DNA of 64,000 nt. Source: a virus. The DNA is taken from positions 1 through 64,000 of the IMG/VR virus record IMGVR_UViG_3300045972_000071; one strand, written 5' to 3'. Position numbers and translations under genes: made by a program. Shown piece by piece: positions 8,661 through 18,012 of this stretch (within the stretch, counting starts at the first letter, position 1; each line of letters starts with the position of its first letter). The notes below the pieces were generated by a model that saw only the letters and a program-made list of their open reading frames with translations, ran no database searches and had not been told where the DNA came from.

Positions 8661-9371
8661 ATGGATGATGAAAAATTGGCGGCGATGAACAAGATTATGA
8701 AACTGCTGGAACTGGGCAAAGATGCAAACGGTGCTTACGGGCCGGAGCAAGAAGCCGCAAACACGATGGCCGCAAAGCTGATGGCCAAATGGGCAGTTGA
8801 CTTCACTGATCTGCGTGGGATGGACGCTAAGTCCAACGTCTTTGAAAAGCACAAGATTGACCCGCTGGACTGCGTGTACTGTGATTGGGAAGCCACACTG
8901 GCAAACGCCATCGGCACTGCGTTCGATGTACGTGTCATTAATGCACGTCAGCCGGTATGGTACTTGAACTTTCTTGGCACAAAGACTGACCTTGAAATTG
9001 CTATATTCTTCTATCGTCATTTGAGAAGAACGGTATGCCGCAAGTCTGAGACCGAGTTCAAGCGCAAAGCGGATCAGGAAACGTATGCATTCGGTATGGT
9101 TCGAACGATTGCATCCAGACTTACTGATTTGTACAAGCGCCGACAAGAAGTGATGGAGTCTGATTGTCGTGCAATGGTCATTGTCAAGCAAGACGGTCTG
9201 CAGGATTTTGTCAAAGATCAATTTCCCGTAATACGTCAGGGACGCTCCACAAAGCTGAAAGGGTCTAGCGCCGCATACGCTCAGGGACAAGCTGACGGGC
9301 ACAAAGTCGGTCTGAATCGTCCGATTGCTGGAAATGCTGATCTGAAACCTAGACTTTCTCGGGGACACTGA
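8661..9371 (+). CDS. DUF2786-family protein
   Basis: N-terminal KIMKLLELG...EQEAA..MAAKLMAKW; C-terminal AYAQGQADG. Confidence 0.75.
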   Translation: MDDEKLAAMNKIMKLLELGKDANGAYGPEQEAANTMAAKLMAKWAVDFTDLRGMDAKSNVFEKHKIDPLDCVYCDWEATLANAIGTAFDVRVINARQPVWYLNFLGTKTDLEIAIFFYRHLRRTVCRKSETEFKRKADQETYAFGMVRTIASRLTDLYKRRQEVMESDCRAMVIVKQDGLQDFVKDQFPVIRQGRSTKLKGSSAAYAQGQADGHKVGLNRPIAGNADLKPRLSRGH

Positions 9372-9473
9372 TAGCTTTGTGCCATGTGAGACTATGTAAA
9401 TGCATAGTCTCACTAGCATATCAGCTACAAATAGGCTCACATCGACGGACAGTTCGTTAAAAGGAAGGTATAA

Positions 9474-9806
9474 ATGATTCATCTTGAAGCAATGAAGACT
9501 GTAGCCAACAAACACAAAGTTGATCTGTATGAAATGACCAACGGTACTATGATCTTTGAATTGGAAACTATCAACGGCATTCGCCCAATAATTCTCACTG
9601 TCGATAACGGTGACGGTTGGTGTGTCGAAGCAATGGGAGCAGACGGACACATGTGGGGAGGGCATATATCAGTCCGCAGTAACACCCTAGAGAAAGAGAT
9701 ACGTGGAATGTTCTCTGATTTAGGATTAGGAAGACCAGACCAAATGCTTCAAATTGCCAAAGATTTACAGCATGAAATTGATGGCAAGAAAAATGCATCG
9801 GTGTGA
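9474..9806 (+). CDS. Hypothetical protein
   Basis: ORF with RBS. Confidence 0.6.
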   Translation: MIHLEAMKTVANKHKVDLYEMTNGTMIFELETINGIRPIILTVDNGDGWCVEAMGADGHMWGGHISVRSNTLEKEIRGMFSDLGLGRPDQMLQIAKDLQHEIDGKKNASV

Positions 9807-9886
9807 AAAAAACACTTGAAACGATGTTCAACCATGTTATAGTCGTACTCATAGAAGTTCAAATTTAGTTACAAAGGAGATTCACA

Positions 9887-10417
9887 ATGGCAAAGCGCAC
9901 ACAAGCACCCGAGGCAGTAGTTGCAACACCCGCAGTTGACACAACATCCGCAGACGCATCAGTCGGCGCAGATTCCACTGACAATACAGTGAAAGAGCCC
10001 GAGATACCCGAAGCTCAGAAAGAGCCCGAAACTGATGTCATTCCCGCAGAGGCTTGCGAAGTCTGGGGTTCTTGCGATCAGAACAGCAAGGCTTGTCGGT
10101 CGTGTCCAGTTCTCGATCTGTGCAAAGCAAAGACTATAACCCTCAAGGGAAGCAAGAAAGCATCTGGCACTTCTACTCCCCGTGTCAAGCGTGAACTGCA
10201 GGAAGGTCTGTCGAAGTTCAACCTTGCACGAATCGGAACACGTTCTTCGGATCTTGATGCCGCTCTTGAAGAGTTCAAGACATACGCAGAACTGGCAGCG
10301 ATCTTCACACTGTCAACCGTCAAAGCACACATCAAATGGTTGGAAGCTAAACGCTCTGACCGCTGTCACTTGGTGACTGATGCAGAAGGTAAAATCCGCT
10401 TTGAACTTAACGCTTAA
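9887..10417 (+). CDS. Hypothetical protein with acidic N-terminus, Cys cluster and C-terminal HTH-like domain
   Basis: C-terminus resembles that of the 25269 protein. Confidence 0.65.
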   Translation: MAKRTQAPEAVVATPAVDTTSADASVGADSTDNTVKEPEIPEAQKEPETDVIPAEACEVWGSCDQNSKACRSCPVLDLCKAKTITLKGSKKASGTSTPRVKRELQEGLSKFNLARIGTRSSDLDAALEEFKTYAELAAIFTLSTVKAHIKWLEAKRSDRCHLVTDAEGKIRFELNA

Positions 10418-10481
10418 TTCAATCACTCGGTGCGGGTATTATGAGTACCCGCACTCTACTTAATTATTAAGGAGATTCATA

Positions 10482-11345
10482 ATGCGAGAAAGAACCTTTG
10501 AAGAAATCCAAGAGATTCGTCAAGACGTGGCTTCACGTTATGCAGATGTCACGTTTCCAGATATAGTGCTTGAACCTGTGTGGTGGGGCAGACGCCCTGA
10601 GAATCGTGTCGATGAACACTATGCTATTGTTGACCAGAACACTAACAAAGTGTTCAACATCTGCACCGAGAAGTACAAACCCGTTTATCACGAACTTATC
10701 ATCCATAACGTGGAGCAAGCCGCTGTGGAAATGCCCCAGTTCGGTGTGCCCAAGATCAAAGTTGATATGATCGGTGATGGTGCAAAGATGCGAGTGAACG
10801 TCATGTTCCCCGAGGTTGACTACATGGTCAAATCCGGTGATATATTTCACCCAACTTCTGATATCAAAACATCATACGATCTGGGATGGAAGTATACTGT
10901 TGACTTCGGTGCGTATCGTCTGGTATGTTCTAACGGACTTAAAGTGGGTGAGGTATTTGAGTCATTCAAGAAACGTCACATGACAGGACTGGATCCAAAC
11001 ATTCTGTCGGAGACACTGAATGCTGGTATGCTTCGATTCGATGAACAGACCCAGCTTTGGCAGAAGTGGGCTGAGAAAGCAATTCCTCATGCAGACTATG
11101 AGACTATCTGGGAGGAACTCCCTTTCTCAAAACCTGAGCGTGAAAAGATTGAAGCAATCACCGGCGCTGGAAACAATCTGATTCTTGCCCAGGAGATCAA
11201 GAAAGATAACCAGATCACTCTGTGGGATATGTTTAATAACACCACACAATATGTTACACATAATATTAACAGTGTGCTGAGACGTGTGGAGATAGGTCCT
11301 GAGATAACCCGTGTATTTGAAAGAGCATTTCATTCCATAAAATAA
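10482..11345 (+). CDS. DUF932/DUF945-family protein
   Basis: KYKPVYHE...SYD...GAYRLVCSNGL...KRH...TLWDMFNNTTQYVTH. Confidence 0.8.
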   Translation: MRERTFEEIQEIRQDVASRYADVTFPDIVLEPVWWGRRPENRVDEHYAIVDQNTNKVFNICTEKYKPVYHELIIHNVEQAAVEMPQFGVPKIKVDMIGDGAKMRVNVMFPEVDYMVKSGDIFHPTSDIKTSYDLGWKYTVDFGAYRLVCSNGLKVGEVFESFKKRHMTGLDPNILSETLNAGMLRFDEQTQLWQKWAEKAIPHADYETIWEELPFSKPEREKIEAITGAGNNLILAQEIKKDNQITLWDMFNNTTQYVTHNINSVLRRVEIGPEITRVFERAFHSIK

Positions 11346-11406
11346 TTATGTTGACGATTATCCTTATTATGATTATAGTAAGGATAATCTGACATAAGGA
11401 GTTATT

Positions 11407-11523
11407 ATGGAACAATGTGAATGTTTGCGGTGCGGTCATAGTTGGTTACCCAGAGTAGAAAAACCCAAAGCGTGTCCTTGTTGTATGAGTTATAAATGGA
11501 ACGTACCAAGGAGGTCAAAATGA
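11407..11523 (+). CDS. 38-aa Zn-ribbon peptide translationally coupled to an HNH gene
   Basis: MEQCECLRCGHSWLPRVEKPKACPCC...; RBS TAAGGAG; ATGA overlap with the HNH start. Confidence 0.65.
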   Translation: MEQCECLRCGHSWLPRVEKPKACPCCMSYKWNVPRRSK

Positions 11524-11963
11524 GAACAGGAAGACCTAAAACTCATGGAATGACTGGTACCCCCATACATAATACATGGTTAGCAATGATTGATCGGTGT
11601 TTCGGAAAAGAGAAGTTTAACCCTTCTTATAAAAGAAGGGGCATAATTGTGTGTGAACGCTGGTTAAAATTTGAAAACTTCTTTGAAGATATGGGAGAAC
11701 GTCCATTTAAAAATGCACAAATAGAAAGAACCAATAATGATGGTAATTATGAACCAGGTAATTGTGAGTGGACCACCCAAAAACAAAATAGCCGAAATCG
11801 TATTAGTACAATAAGGGTTGAGTATAATGATAAAATAATGGCCCTATCTGAGGTCGCTGAAATTATAGGAATGAAACCCGGTACTCTATATGATAGACAC
11901 ATTAAACGTGGATGGTCATTACATGAGGCTATACATAAACCTCTACATAGGGTATTAGAATAG
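11520..11963 (+). CDS. HNH homing endonuclease
   Basis: HG...WxxMxxRC...RGIxVCERWLKFENFFEDMG...IERxNNDGNYEPGNCEW. Confidence 0.85.
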   Translation: MRTGRPKTHGMTGTPIHNTWLAMIDRCFGKEKFNPSYKRRGIIVCERWLKFENFFEDMGERPFKNAQIERTNNDGNYEPGNCEWTTQKQNSRNRISTIRVEYNDKIMALSEVAEIIGMKPGTLYDRHIKRGWSLHEAIHKPLHRVLE

Positions 11964-12007
11964 AGATTGGACCGGAGATAACCAAAGTCTTTGAACGTCA
12001 CGACTAA
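11957..12007 (+). pseudogene. Orphaned original 3' end of the DUF932 gene
   Basis: Reads RIEIGPEITKVFERHD* versus the current end RVEIGPEITRVFERAFHSIK*. Confidence 0.85.
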
Positions 12008-12016
12008 CTATCTGCC

Positions 12017-12070
12017 AGAGGGCATTATGAATGCATGAAACACTATGCAGACGTAATGCCCTCTTTTTAT
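12017..12070 (+). terminator. Intrinsic terminator
   Basis: agagggcatta...taatgccctct-tttt. Confidence 0.65.
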
Positions 12071-12199
12071 GCCAAGAATCTGATGTGGACGATCTGTGGC
12101 TAAAAATATTAGTAGGAGTGAAAATAATCGTTGCTGTCCTTATCTTACCATGAGATTCTATAATTACTAGAAGTTCAATTAAAAAGAGAAGGAGTTCAC

Positions 12200-13651
12200 A
12201 TGCAGTGGTCAGATCAACAAAACGCTATCTTTGATTGGTTCAAGGGGGGTTCTGGAAATCTTGTAGTAAGAGCCAGAGCGGGAACAGGCAAGACAACCAC
12301 GATAGTTCAAGCGATATCGTATGCACCAGAAAATTCTATTCTGCTTGGTGCATTCAACAAACGTATTGCTTCCGAACTCCAAACAAAACTCACTAATCCC
12401 AAAGCAGTTGCAAAGACGTTTCATGCACTGGGATACGGAATGATCTTAGGGAACTGGAAGGGTGCAGTTCTCGATCAGTACCGCTCAGACAGCATGGCAC
12501 GTGAACTTTTCCCAGATGTCCCGGATCCGATTATCACATCTATCAAGAAGCTAGCTTCCCTCGCTAAAAACATCTGCCCTTTCTTCTCCATAGAGAAACT
12601 AATTGATATCTGTTATGTACACGATATTGACGCCGACGAGCAAATGATTGATCTGGGGTGGAACATCTCCAAGATTGCTACTCATGCCGCAAAGCTACTC
12701 GACAAAGCCGCAGAACGCAATGGTACGTTTGACTTTGACGATATGCTTTATATCCCAATCAAGAACTCTTGGATACGCAAGCGTTATGATCTTGTCGTAA
12801 TTGACGAAGCCCAAGACATGAATGCTTCACAGCTTATCATGGCAAAGAAGTTGGGCAAAGCCCGCATTGTCGTTGTTGGTGACGACAAACAAGCGATATA
12901 TGCATTCCGAGGTGCTGATAGCAATTCGATTGACAGATTGAAGGGCGAGTTATCCGCTAAAGAACTTGGACTGACGATCACATATCGTTGCCCTAAGAAT
13001 GTCGTTCAGCACATCAAGTGGATTGTTCCTGACTTCATCGCCGCAGATGAAGCCCCTGATGGAGTCGTTCGATCACTTGCATACTCCGCAATGATTGCCG
13101 AAGCAGAACCTGGCGACTTCATTCTCAGCAGAATCAATGCGCCCTTAACCCGTACTTGCTTCAAACTGCTTGCACTGGACAAACGTGCTTGTGTTGAGGG
13201 GCGTGAAATAGGGCAGACACTCAAGAAGATTGTTAAAGGGCTGAAAGCAACCACTATTGAAGAGATGGTAGACAAGCTACAGACTTGGCATACAAATCAG
13301 ATTGAGCGTATCACTAAAACAGCGAGTCGATGCGCGGAGACCAAGATTGAGCATGTCAACGATCAAGTGGCTATGCTCAATGTCTTTGCTGAAAATGCTA
13401 CTACTGTTGACGACCTCTTAATCAAACTGGAGACAATGTTTCAGCACACTGACGGGGGAAAGCTGGATGTGATTGTCTGCTCTTCCGTACACAAAGCGAA
13501 GGGGTTGGAGCGCAACAGAGTTTACGGACTTTGTGACACTCTATACCCAGGGGGCAGTAAGAACTCCTCATGTGTTGAGGAACGTAATATTGAGTACGTC
13601 ATGGTAACACGTGCCAAGAGTGAGTTCATCTGCGTAACAGGGATTCACTAG
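12200..13651 (+). CDS. UvrD/Rep superfamily 1 helicase
   Basis: ARAGTGKTT, DEAQD, VGDDKQAIYAFRGA, TYRCP, SVHKAKGLE, YVMVTRAK. Confidence 0.92.
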   Translation: MQWSDQQNAIFDWFKGGSGNLVVRARAGTGKTTTIVQAISYAPENSILLGAFNKRIASELQTKLTNPKAVAKTFHALGYGMILGNWKGAVLDQYRSDSMARELFPDVPDPIITSIKKLASLAKNICPFFSIEKLIDICYVHDIDADEQMIDLGWNISKIATHAAKLLDKAAERNGTFDFDDMLYIPIKNSWIRKRYDLVVIDEAQDMNASQLIMAKKLGKARIVVVGDDKQAIYAFRGADSNSIDRLKGELSAKELGLTITYRCPKNVVQHIKWIVPDFIAADEAPDGVVRSLAYSAMIAEAEPGDFILSRINAPLTRTCFKLLALDKRACVEGREIGQTLKKIVKGLKATTIEEMVDKLQTWHTNQIERITKTASRCAETKIEHVNDQVAMLNVFAENATTVDDLLIKLETMFQHTDGGKLDVIVCSSVHKAKGLERNRVYGLCDTLYPGGSKNSSCVEERNIEYVMVTRAKSEFICVTGIH

Positions 13652-13848
13652 GCGGGAATAAATCTGCTGAGGGTGTCAATTAATGCTTGATGCCCTTAGC
13701 AGTCCATGCGATATTATAAACATGAAGTTCAATCTATTTACAAAGGAGATTCACAATGTCACAGAAAATGGAACAGTTGTTTAAGGTCATGGAGAGTATC
13801 GCACTGAGTCAGGTCATAATGCTTGACGAGAGTGTAAGATAGGAACAG

Positions 13849-14175
13849 ATGTACAAAATTGCAAGCACCAGAAAGCAGTTCTCGGAAGAATGTTGCCGCA
13901 GACTCACAGGAAGTGAAGCGGGCGAGTACATGGAGCGATTCGTCAACGTCATGTCACATGCAACGGAGGACAAAGACTTTGTTGAGTACATCGTACACCG
14001 CACCCATCGTACACTGAATCAGTCATTCATTGGGCTGATGCTCAAGGTTCTAGTCGAAGAAGCATCCTTGCACACTACGGGACGATTTGACGGCAGAAAC
14101 GAAGCGTCGGTCAAGACTTGCAAATCCATCGTTGAGAGAATGGATGGGGCAGATATGTATCTGCCATTCATATAA
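13849..14175 (+). CDS. Hypothetical protein
   Basis: HRTLNQ...DGRNEAS phage-type motif. Confidence 0.6.
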   Translation: MYKIASTRKQFSEECCRRLTGSEAGEYMERFVNVMSHATEDKDFVEYIVHRTHRTLNQSFIGLMLKVLVEEASLHTTGRFDGRNEASVKTCKSIVERMDGADMYLPFI

Positions 14176-14187
14176 AAGGAGACTACC

Positions 14188-14487
14188 GTGAAAGCGATCA
14201 AAACATATATACTACCTGCTACTGCTACATTGCCAAAAAGAATCAAAGCTGTTGGAAGTAAACGCTTAGGTCCAGTAATTATCTCATACGATCATCCCCA
14301 CTTCACTGATTTGTCCGATGATGAAATTCACGCATTCGCTGCAAGAGAGTTTGCCACATTACATAAATGGAACTGGCATTTCGTCAGCGGCTATCTGAAA
14401 ATGGATAAGTGTAGAGTGCATGTGTTCTTGCCGAATCGTATCACTACGCTACTTGAAATGGCAGGGGGGAAAACATGGGCACTATAA
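14188..14487 (+). CDS. Hypothetical protein
   Basis: RBS AAGGAG. Confidence 0.6.
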   Translation: MKAIKTYILPATATLPKRIKAVGSKRLGPVIISYDHPHFTDLSDDEIHAFAAREFATLHKWNWHFVSGYLKMDKCRVHVFLPNRITTLLEMAGGKTWAL

Positions 14488-14657
14488 TCGACTCTAAAAA
14501 GATGGCAAAGCGTGTATCAGCACGAAAATGGCAGGGGGACGATCAATATTCGTGGGCAGTCTTTATTGACGGTGCTCCATACATCTCAGGGCTTTCAAGA
14601 AGAGAAGTCCCCTTCTATAAACAGCAGGCGTTGAACCGCTTGATGAAGGGGGCATGA
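14475..14657 (+). CDS. Hypothetical protein
   Basis: Overlapping operonic ORF. Confidence 0.55.
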   Translation: MGTIIDSKKMAKRVSARKWQGDDQYSWAVFIDGAPYISGLSRREVPFYKQQALNRLMKGA

Positions 14658-14799
14658 TATGGACGGGGATACTTTCTGGGCAGTAATAATCATAATAATC
14701 ATCGTGTCCGTTATTTTTAACTAAAAGTGCTTGCACTGTGATTGATCCCAGCGTATATTAGTATACAGAAGTTCAATCACAGTACAGAGGAGAACAAGC

Positions 14800-15042
14800 A
14801 TGACAACTGAAATTAAGAAGCCAAGACATATCCCATGTGGGATGCCCAAAACAGATGAAGATTTGCCCTCTTGGTCAAAAGCACCGGTGTATGTCAGAAT
14901 GGATCCTCAACTTAAAATGAGACTTGTTGCCCAGTGTCGCAGACTGAATCTGTCACAAGCGGGGTTAGTGAAGATGGCAATGGTACGTTTTCTTGAGGAA
15001 GAAGAACAGGTTGAAGCCAACAGAGCATACAGGAGAACCTGA
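14800..15042 (+). CDS. Ribbon-helix-helix (CopG-like) DNA-binding protein
   Basis: VYVRMDPQLKMRL...LSQAGLVKMAMVRFL. Confidence 0.7.
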   Translation: MTTEIKKPRHIPCGMPKTDEDLPSWSKAPVYVRMDPQLKMRLVAQCRRLNLSQAGLVKMAMVRFLEEEEQVEANRAYRRT

Positions 15043-15044
15043 TA

Positions 15045-15440
15045 ATGTATTGTCGCTACTGCTCGGAGTTTGTTAATTCAGCACGTCGGTTAGAACCTAA
15101 GCTAGACGCTAACGGTGATAAACCGAAACGTGTACCTAATCGCAGATTGTGTGAAGCTAAAAAGATATGGGTTGAAGAAGATCACGAAATGTGCGAGGAG
15201 TTTGTAACCAATAACTCTTTCTGGTGTGATAGACTCAATCAGTGTCAGGACATTGATGCTTGCCGCAATCGTGTAGCAAAGAAGATGTCAAAGCATTGCA
15301 GAGCTAAATGTCCACAGTACAGAGACTTAACCGACGCTCTCCGCATGAGGGCAAGATCACGCAAGAAAGTAGAAGCTGAAACGATTGTTATCACTCCAGT
15401 TGCTACACCAACTATCATAAAAAGGAGGACTACCAAATGA
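15045..15440 (+). CDS. Cys-rich hypothetical protein
   Basis: Multiple Cys residues; operonic. Confidence 0.6.
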   Translation: MYCRYCSEFVNSARRLEPKLDANGDKPKRVPNRRLCEAKKIWVEEDHEMCEEFVTNNSFWCDRLNQCQDIDACRNRVAKKMSKHCRAKCPQYRDLTDALRMRARSRKKVEAETIVITPVATPTIIKRRTTK

Positions 15441-15751
15441 GAAGTGGACTACTGCAAGCATACGATGTATTACATGGTTCTTATGTTGACATTGCCGATA
15501 CCCCAATTCAAGCGGCAGATAACCCTGAAAATACTTTCATGTTCAAGGAACTGATCGAAAAGCTGTCCGATGAAGCAAAGCTGATGATGTCCGCTATTAT
15601 GAATCTGCCAGATGAAATGTACATGTCTACAGGTCAGATTCTACAGCAGGAAATCAACAGTTGGATGAAGCGCAGATATCATTGGAATGCCCGTAAGATC
15701 GACAGAACAAAACAGGAACTTCGTAAGACTCTGGGGGTGGTAATTCTATGA
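15437..15751 (+). CDS. Hypothetical protein, possibly a sigma region 4-like DNA-binding domain
   Basis: NPE..FMFKELIEKLSDEAK pattern. Confidence 0.45.
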   Translation: MRSGLLQAYDVLHGSYVDIADTPIQAADNPENTFMFKELIEKLSDEAKLMMSAIMNLPDEMYMSTGQILQQEINSWMKRRYHWNARKIDRTKQELRKTLGVVIL

Positions 15752-15951
15752 GTATATCCATGAAGATGATAAAAGAAGTTTCTATGCGTCTGGAGCAGGA
15801 ACGCATTGCGAAAGATGTACTCCTGAAAGGATGGGAGAAGTATAATAAAAATGGTGGTAGTGATTCTTACGAACGCTGGAAAGAGAATCTTCTTGTCCAC
15901 TATATCATTGGATCTATGGAACGTGATAACTTCAAAGGATCAGGGATATGA
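15748..15951 (+). CDS. Hypothetical protein
   Basis: Overlapping operonic ORF. Confidence 0.55.
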   Translation: MSISMKMIKEVSMRLEQERIAKDVLLKGWEKYNKNGGSDSYERWKENLLVHYIIGSMERDNFKGSGI

Positions 15952-17321
15952 AACCTGTTTATACAATAACAATACATAACCCAGTGGAAGCGTCTTGCAC
16001 TGCGGTTCTTGCGGGGCTGATAAAGCCCTGCATATCATTCCCTACATCATTCTGGGTGCAAGGACCATTCAAGAAGGTTCGCAAAGAGTCCACAAAGTCA
16101 ATGCTCACTAAAGGTAAAGGAAGCATGTATTACTTCTGGGCTGGACTGCTTGACAGAGTTCTGGAGCATTGTGCCGAGAATGGTATTGAGGTAGAAGTTG
16201 TTGATAAAGCGTATGAAGAGTTTAATATCTATGAACCCGAACTACCAGGAATTACCTTCCGTCCAGATCAGGCGTCACTTATCAACTCATTTCTTGATAA
16301 ACCTAGGGGCATTCTCGAATCGTTCACAGGCAGTGGTAAGACTGTGCTTGGTTTTGGCTGTCTGTCTGCATTTCCGGACTATAGAGCGTTATGGTTGTGC
16401 CACACTAAAGGACTAATGCAACAAGCCTATGACGAAGCATGTAAGTTCGGATTCAAAAGTGTGGGGCGTGTCGGGGATGGGCATTCAGAATATACCAAGG
16501 ATATCACTATTGCCACGCGGCAGAGTTTTAAACGACTTGCCGATGAGTTTGGTCATGAGTATGACATAGTTGTGGTGGATGAAGTACACCATGTTGCTGA
16601 TTTAAAGTCAGAATATGCCTATGTACTTGCCCGAGTACCTGCCCCCATTCGATTAGGACTGTCTGCTACTCTTCACAAAGAGGGCACAGAAGCATGGTAC
16701 ACGTCAGTAGGACTACTAGGTCCGATACTCCAATCATTGTCGATCAATGACGGTGCTGAACTTGGCATCTTAGCCACACCGACTATCAGAATTTTACGTT
16801 GTCCTAAAGATCACGAAGTATCAGCCATGAAGATGTATTCCCATGTATATTCTGCTGGGGTTGTAAATAACCTTTACATGAATAACCTGATAGCCGTAAC
16901 TGCTAAGAAACACTCCGATGCCAATGAAACCGTACTGATAATGATTAATCAGATTGAGCATGGGGAGAACATACAAAGATTGCTTGACGCTTTGCATGTA
17001 AAGAACATCTTTATACGAGGAGCCACGAAATCAGAAGTACGGGATGATACAAAACATGCTCTGAATCGTCACGAAATCAATGTTGTTATATGTTCCTCAG
17101 TATGGACAGAGGGAATAAACATTCCTACTCTCCAAGTTGTTATCAACGCAGCTGGTGGCAAAGATGAAAAGGCTGTATTGCAGAAAGTAGGGCGTGGTCT
17201 GAGAAAGACCGCAGAGAAAGACTCCGTAATTATTTATGACACGTTCAATGTATCACATAGGTATCTGATTGAACACTTCGGGGAGCGTCTATGTATTTAC
17301 CTAGATAATAATTGGCTATAA
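15948..17321 (+). CDS. Superfamily 2 (UvsW-like) DExH helicase
   Basis: TGSGKT, DEVHH, GLSAT, EGINIP, QKVGRGLR. Confidence 0.92.
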   Translation: MKPVYTITIHNPVEASCTAVLAGLIKPCISFPTSFWVQGPFKKVRKESTKSMLTKGKGSMYYFWAGLLDRVLEHCAENGIEVEVVDKAYEEFNIYEPELPGITFRPDQASLINSFLDKPRGILESFTGSGKTVLGFGCLSAFPDYRALWLCHTKGLMQQAYDEACKFGFKSVGRVGDGHSEYTKDITIATRQSFKRLADEFGHEYDIVVVDEVHHVADLKSEYAYVLARVPAPIRLGLSATLHKEGTEAWYTSVGLLGPILQSLSINDGAELGILATPTIRILRCPKDHEVSAMKMYSHVYSAGVVNNLYMNNLIAVTAKKHSDANETVLIMINQIEHGENIQRLLDALHVKNIFIRGATKSEVRDDTKHALNRHEINVVICSSVWTEGINIPTLQVVINAAGGKDEKAVLQKVGRGLRKTAEKDSVIIYDTFNVSHRYLIEHFGERLCIYLDNNWL

Positions 17322-17388
17322 ATCTAACTATTGACTTCTTATAATTTTATGATAATATACACATTAGATTAAATCATAAGGAGTGATT

Positions 17389-18012
17389 ATGAAAATTAAA
17401 AGGCGAATGATTGGTAAACGATTTGGCAGATGGATAATAGATTCATTACATAATCTAGCCCCAGGTAAAAAGTGGAACTGTATATGTGATTGTGGTACAG
17501 AGAAATCCGTTTACGAATATTCTCTTAAAAATGGTAGTTCCCAATCTTGTGGGTGTCTAACAAGGGATAGATCCATTGAAACTCATTCAACACATAATGG
17601 AACTTATAAACCAGAATACAGGGTGTGGGCGGCAATGAAGTCAAGATGTAGTAATCCAAAAGATTTATCCTTTCATAATTATGGAGGTAGAGGGATCAAA
17701 GTGTGTGAGTCATGGTTATCTTTTGAAAATTTCTATACAGATATGGGTCCATGTCCTAAAGGGCTTGAACTTGACAGGATTAATAATGACGGCAATTATG
17801 AACCTGGTAATTGTGAGTGGGTTACTAAATCAGCTAACGACAGGAACCGCAGAAATACACTTATGCTAACCTTAAATGGGGTAACTAAAGCGATGAAAAC
17901 TTGGTCTGAGGAATATGGTATTCCCCATCACACTGTTAGGTACAGAATAAAACGAGGATGGGAACCAAATCTAGCACTCACCATAAAAGTAGGTGAAAAG
18001 TATGAAGCATAA
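17389..18012 (+). CDS. HNH homing endonuclease
   Basis: CICDCG...SCGC...WAAMKSRC...YGGRGIKVC...LDRINNDGNYEPGNCEW. Confidence 0.88.
   Translation: MKIKRRMIGKRFGRWIIDSLHNLAPGKKWNCICDCGTEKSVYEYSLKNGSSQSCGCLTRDRSIETHSTHNGTYKPEYRVWAAMKSRCSNPKDLSFHNYGGRGIKVCESWLSFENFYTDMGPCPKGLELDRINNDGNYEPGNCEWVTKSANDRNRRNTLMLTLNGVTKAMKTWSEEYGIPHHTVRYRIKRGWEPNLALTIKVGEKYEA

Larger units (their letters stand above)
3150..14777 (+). promoter_or_regulatory. Dispersed family of about 11 early promoter units with a conserved downstream AGAAGTT(A/C)AA box
   Basis: Boxes at about 3150, 4667, 5929, 6462, 6824, 7596, 8628, 9853, 12169, 13723 and 14767. Most follow CCA(T/C)GnTAnnnT and each precedes a strong RBS. Confidence 0.8.

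Noticed and set aside
8568-9665. 365-aa minus-strand ORF
   Set aside because: Antisense shadow of the DUF2786 gene and its neighbour; no motifs and against the local transcription direction.
17322-18012. Duplicated gene terminus around the helicase-primase HNH
   Set aside because: I found no peptide duplication; it looks like an ordinary intergenic insertion.
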